DNA from: Rhynchopus sp. YZ270_cl-10 | Lineage: Eukaryota | Assembly (NCBI GenBank): GCA_964035575.1 | Contig: OZ037837.1 | Span: 62,001 to 126,000, forward strand | DNA: 64,000 nt | Direction of reading: 5' to 3' | Notes under the pieces: model-generated | What the model was told of the DNA's origin: nothing | What the model saw: only the letters and a program-made list of their open reading frames with translations | The model's database searches: none | Part shown: one piece after another, positions 60,223 through 64,000 of the stretch | Layout of the letters: every line of letters begins with the position of its first letter | Numbering within the stretch: position 1 is the first letter of the stretch | Program-made: the position numbers and the translations under genes

Positions 60223-62076
60223 TCAGAGTGGGCGGCGAGAAGAGTGTCGGTAATTGCGGGCCACCAGGTCGCGAAGGAGGTCCTTCAGTTTGTAGTTCTT
60301 TTCGGTGAGAAACATCTTTATTTTGGTCTTCGTGCCCATCACAAGTGGGTTGAGATTGCTGGTCCGCACTGCGCCTTCCACGGCTCTGCCTCTGCAGCCG
60401 TTGAGGCGTATCCTCTTCAACGCTGTGCAGTTGTGAAGAAAGCCGATGTCAACCTGATTCGCCCCCCAGAGTGGGGACAGGTCCACTTCCGTCAGGCTGC
60501 TGCAGTCGGAGAGAAAGCTCTCACCAATTCTCCAAGTGCTCACGAGAGGCGACAAGTCCACAGCTGTTAGCTTGACGCAGTTGGCAAGAAAGTGGTTGCC
60601 AATATGCGTGACCTTCCCCCCCAAGTCCAGTGTTGTTAAGCTGCTGCAGTTGGAGAGAAAGTGCTCGTGTATCTTTGACAGCCTGGCCAAGGGAGCCAAG
60701 CTCAGTGCTGTGATGCTTTCGCAGTTGTGAAGAAAGTAGTCGCCGATGTGCACCACCTTCCTGAGTGGCGACAGGTCCAGTTGTGTTAAGCTTCTGCAGC
60801 CCGACAGAAAGTGGTCACCTATTTGCGTGACCCTGCTCAGCGCGGACAGGTTTACTGTTCTCAAGCTTGTGCAGCCACCCAGAAAAGAGTCCCCAACACT
60901 CACAAGACTGCTCAACGGCGACAGGTCCAGCACTGTTATGTTACTGCAGTTGCTGAGAAAGTGGCTACCCATGTGCGTAACGCTGACCAACTTGGACAAG
61001 TCCACTGCTGACAAGCTGTTGCACTCGGAAAGAAAGTTACTACCCACATGAACAACTCTGCTGAGCGGCGGAAGGTCTAGCGTTGTCAACTTGGTGCAGC
61101 GGGAAAGAAAGTGATCACCTATCCGCACAACCCTGCTGAGTGGCGACAGGTCCAAAGTGGTCAAGCCCACACAACAGCTCAGAAAGTTACCACCAACCTT
61201 CGTGACTCTGCTGAAAGGCGTCAAATCCAGCACTCTCAAGCATCCGCAGTTGGAGAGAAAGCCGTCCTCAATCACCTCAACGTTGCTTTGTGCTGGCAGG
61301 TCTAGTTGTGTCAGGCTTGTGCACTCAGCGAGAAATTGCTCGCCTATTTGTGTTAGTTCGTTCAGAGACGAGAGGTCCAGTTGTGTTAAACTTCTGCAGC
61401 GGTTGAGAAAGCAGTGACCAATGCTGGTCAGATGTGGCGCAACACTGAAATCAAGCGCCGTTACCGTTGTGTCCTGTAAGAAGCAGAGTGGAACTGCAGT
61501 AGTGCCCTGCAGAAACAAACGCTTTATTGGGTCTGTCTCGATCTCATCCTCGGACTCAGGGGGTGACATCGCTTCGCCGCGCTTCAGCGCATTCATGGCC
61601 ATACGCCCTTTGCTGGGTGCCACCTTCCTCGATGTATATCTGACAGGTCTCCTAGACATGACACCAGGTGTACCTCCTGTGATGTCCTCCTCTTTGCTGT
61701 TCACCCATTCGTCCACGTCTGCCTCGTGACGTTCATACAGTGCATCCTTCGCTTTGTCGCGCTTCAGCGCATTCATCATGGCCAAACGCACTTTGGGGGG
61801 TGTCACATTCCTCGATGTGTATATGACACCAGGTCTCCCCCCCGGGAGGTCCTCTCCTCTGAAAACCTCCCCTCCGTCTGCCACGTGATCAGCATACATT
61901 GCACGCATCACTTCGTCCATACGCTCCTTGCTGGGCGTCGCTTTCCTCGCTGTATATATGACGCCAGGTCTCAGTTCTGAGATGTCCTCTCCTTCGTCTT
62001 TCCCTCCGTCGCCCGTGTCGAAGCTGTCCTTCCGCAACCGTGTTGCAGATGCCACCTTCCGCCGCGTCGTCTTCAT
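60223..62076 (-). CDS. Ubl-LRR protein copy 3 with a degenerate, internally triplicated N-terminus
   Basis: LRR array homologous to copies 1 and 2; three ED....PGV..T.R..TP repeats; first in-frame ATG at 62076, true start uncertain. Confidence 0.75.
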   Translation of the reverse strand: MKTTRRKVASATRLRKDSFDTGDGGKDEGEDISELRPGVIYTARKATPSKERMDEVMRAMYADHVADGGEVFRGEDLPGGRPGVIYTSRNVTPPKVRLAMMNALKRDKAKDALYERHEADVDEWVNSKEEDITGGTPGVMSRRPVRYTSRKVAPSKGRMAMNALKRGEAMSPPESEDEIETDPIKRLFLQGTTAVPLCFLQDTTVTALDFSVAPHLTSIGHCFLNRCRSLTQLDLSSLNELTQIGEQFLAECTSLTQLDLPAQSNVEVIEDGFLSNCGCLRVLDLTPFSRVTKVGGNFLSCCVGLTTLDLSPLSRVVRIGDHFLSRCTKLTTLDLPPLSRVVHVGSNFLSECNSLSAVDLSKLVSVTHMGSHFLSNCSNITVLDLSPLSSLVSVGDSFLGGCTSLRTVNLSALSRVTQIGDHFLSGCRSLTQLDLSPLRKVVHIGDYFLHNCESITALSLAPLARLSKIHEHFLSNCSSLTTLDLGGKVTHIGNHFLANCVKLTAVDLSPLVSTWRIGESFLSDCSSLTEVDLSPLWGANQVDIGFLHNCTALKRIRLNGCRGRAVEGAVRTSNLNPLVMGTKTKIKMFLTEKNYKLKDLLRDLVARNYRHSSRRPL

Positions 62077-62842
62077 CGTATCCTTCGCTACCTCAATCGC
62101 ACACAACGTTAAATAGCGTCTGGTCGTATCCTGGAATTATGATTTTTATGATGAGGTTGTGTTTATCTGCTTTGTGGTGATGGTGGTGGAAAAAAATACA
62201 GCAGAATGCGCTTCGCTACAGCCAAGTACGCAGAAAGAAGCATCCTAGTTCTGGGAAGTGAATGCGGACGCGAACTTGGCGAGCTGAAAGAATTTCTCGC
62301 AGCAACTCTTCTCACTCACTTCTCTCCACCAAATGCGTCTACAGCTAAGGAAAAGGAACAACTGATGGAGTTTCCTTACTAAACCAGAGAAATCTCATAT
62401 TTCAGAGTTAGAGTGTTTTTGCACACATATGTGACCCCACCGTGGAGAGCAATCGTATTATCAACTTCTTTGTTTTTTTTAAAAATCAAGTGCAAGCCAT
62501 GTGTATGAAAAGAAAAAAGGTATACAAAAAATGACTTGCACAGGGGAGGGGGGCTCATCTCAAAGATGGATCAGTGAGCGAGTTCCAACCCGTACAGAGG
62601 GGCTCTTGCCACGAAGACAGTAAACCCATGCCATACAAAAGAGTGGGGAGTGAAAGTTGATACTACAAATTTTCAATTGAAAATATTATGGACCGAATTA
62701 AGTACCAAATGAAACTCAAAAACCTCAAACGTACCATAATTAATTCAGTCCATAATATTTTGTTTCTTTATTTATAAATGCAAAAACAGGGAGAAGCCTC
62801 CGTGTGAGCGTGTGTGAAGGTTCAACAACACGGTGGCCCATT

Positions 62843-63199
62843 CCTACCCTTAGGGTAGGGTCCGCGGGGGGTACCCCATGGGGTACCCCCCAAATCTGAG
62901 GGGTACCCCCCAGACTACCCCCGGGGGTACCCCATGGGGTACCCCGCGCGGACCCTGACTGGCACTGGGGGTACACAGGTACACAGGTACACAGGTACAC
63001 AGGTACACAGGTACACAGGTACACAGGTACACAGGTACACAGGTACACAGGTACACAGGTACACAGGTACACAGGTACACAGGTACACAGGTACACAGGT
63101 ACACAGGTACACAGGTACACAGGTACACAGGTACACAGGTACACAGGTACACAGGTACACAGGTACAGCCAGAGTGCCAGAGTCAAGGGTCCGCGCGGG
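62843..63199. mobile_element. palindromic GC-rich element enclosing a microsatellite
   Basis: Hairpin 62857-62956 (agggtccgcg...cgcggaccct); ccccgcgcggaccctgactggcact (62942-62966) is inverted at 63173-63199. Confidence 0.55.
62970..63167. repeat. (GGTACACA)24 tandem repeat
   Basis: Perfect 8-mer array. Confidence 0.97.
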
Positions 63200-64000
63200 G
63201 TCCGCCCCCCGATGACATAACGAAGTATCGCTTGAAAATACCGTTCAATATATGTTGCTTGGTGTGCATGAAGAAGGACACACAAGGTATATCAAACGAT
63301 AAATCAATCAGATAAACGTTACATCATCGGAAAATTGTTGGCACCGCCCCCCTGTCTTCGTATTTATTACCCCGTCGACAGGCCAAACAGCGTTGGGCTC
63401 AGAAGAAGCAGTGCAAGACAGTCACTGGGGATCAACATGAGAACCAACTCCCAACAACACAGGCTACCGAAGTAGCAGGTGGGGTGTTGCGGGTGTTTGG
63501 GGTGAGAAAATCGATTTTGGTAAGTTGCAGCAGAACATTCTTAAGTTCGCACTAGTCGAGAGAGGCTTACCCGCTGCAGTGAAGCAGTGCACCCATTTAA
63601 GGGTGGAGAAGCGTGACACGCACATACAAGTATGTACGTTACTTCAACAAAGGCTGAATTCTGGTAATTCTAAGGGATGTGAATTCAGCCACCACGCAGG
63701 TAGTGTTTTAAGGTTCCTCGCTTTGTGCTGCACAGCGGACTCATGACACAAAGGAGTTGCCCCCGCTCTCTTTCGCGCAAACTTAAGAAAATTCTGAAGT
63801 AACTACAACCTGGCGTGCGGGTACAGATGCATTGCTTTGTTCTTTCCTCAAAGTCATTTCTGATCTCTCGGGTCTGTACTACCGTCAGTGTTTAGATAAG
63901 CATCCACTTGACTCGTTCTAACAACCGTTGAAATCTAGAACAAAACAATACACTGCCCCTTCTCACACCAAGCCGCCATGCTTCAAGAGCATGCCCTGGG

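Overview
Eukaryotic nuclear DNA, probably euglenozoan and diplonemid-like. That is an inference from the unidirectional gene cluster with no apparent introns, the TxAP mucin stalks, and retroelements resembling trypanosomatid ones. All credible protein genes are on the minus strand, in four tandem families: 3 type-I membrane proteins; 5 RING-less TRIM-like genes (B-box/B-box/coiled-coil/Ubl/SH3-like; 3 full-length, 1 truncated, 1 pseudogene); 2 Spinster-type MFS transporters; and 3 Ubl-LRR proteins. Intergenic DNA is packed with mobile elements. A 5'-truncated, frameshifted APE-type LINE (48950-55017, 7-bp TSD) carries a 2A-like motif, and its RT is split by a 1.64-kb non-coding insert (51180-52819) with a 19-bp TSD. 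That insert starts exactly at a candidate HDV-like ribozyme and ends in a pseudoknot-rich region; it is the best candidate for an undescribed element here. Also present: fragments of a tyrosine-recombinase (VIPER/TATE/DIRS-like) retrotransposon, a palindromic element with repeated G.A mismatches flanked by microsatellites, and about 11 TIR elements (TA-flanked MITEs, hAT-like, one MULE-like), several backed by paralogous empty sites in the window.
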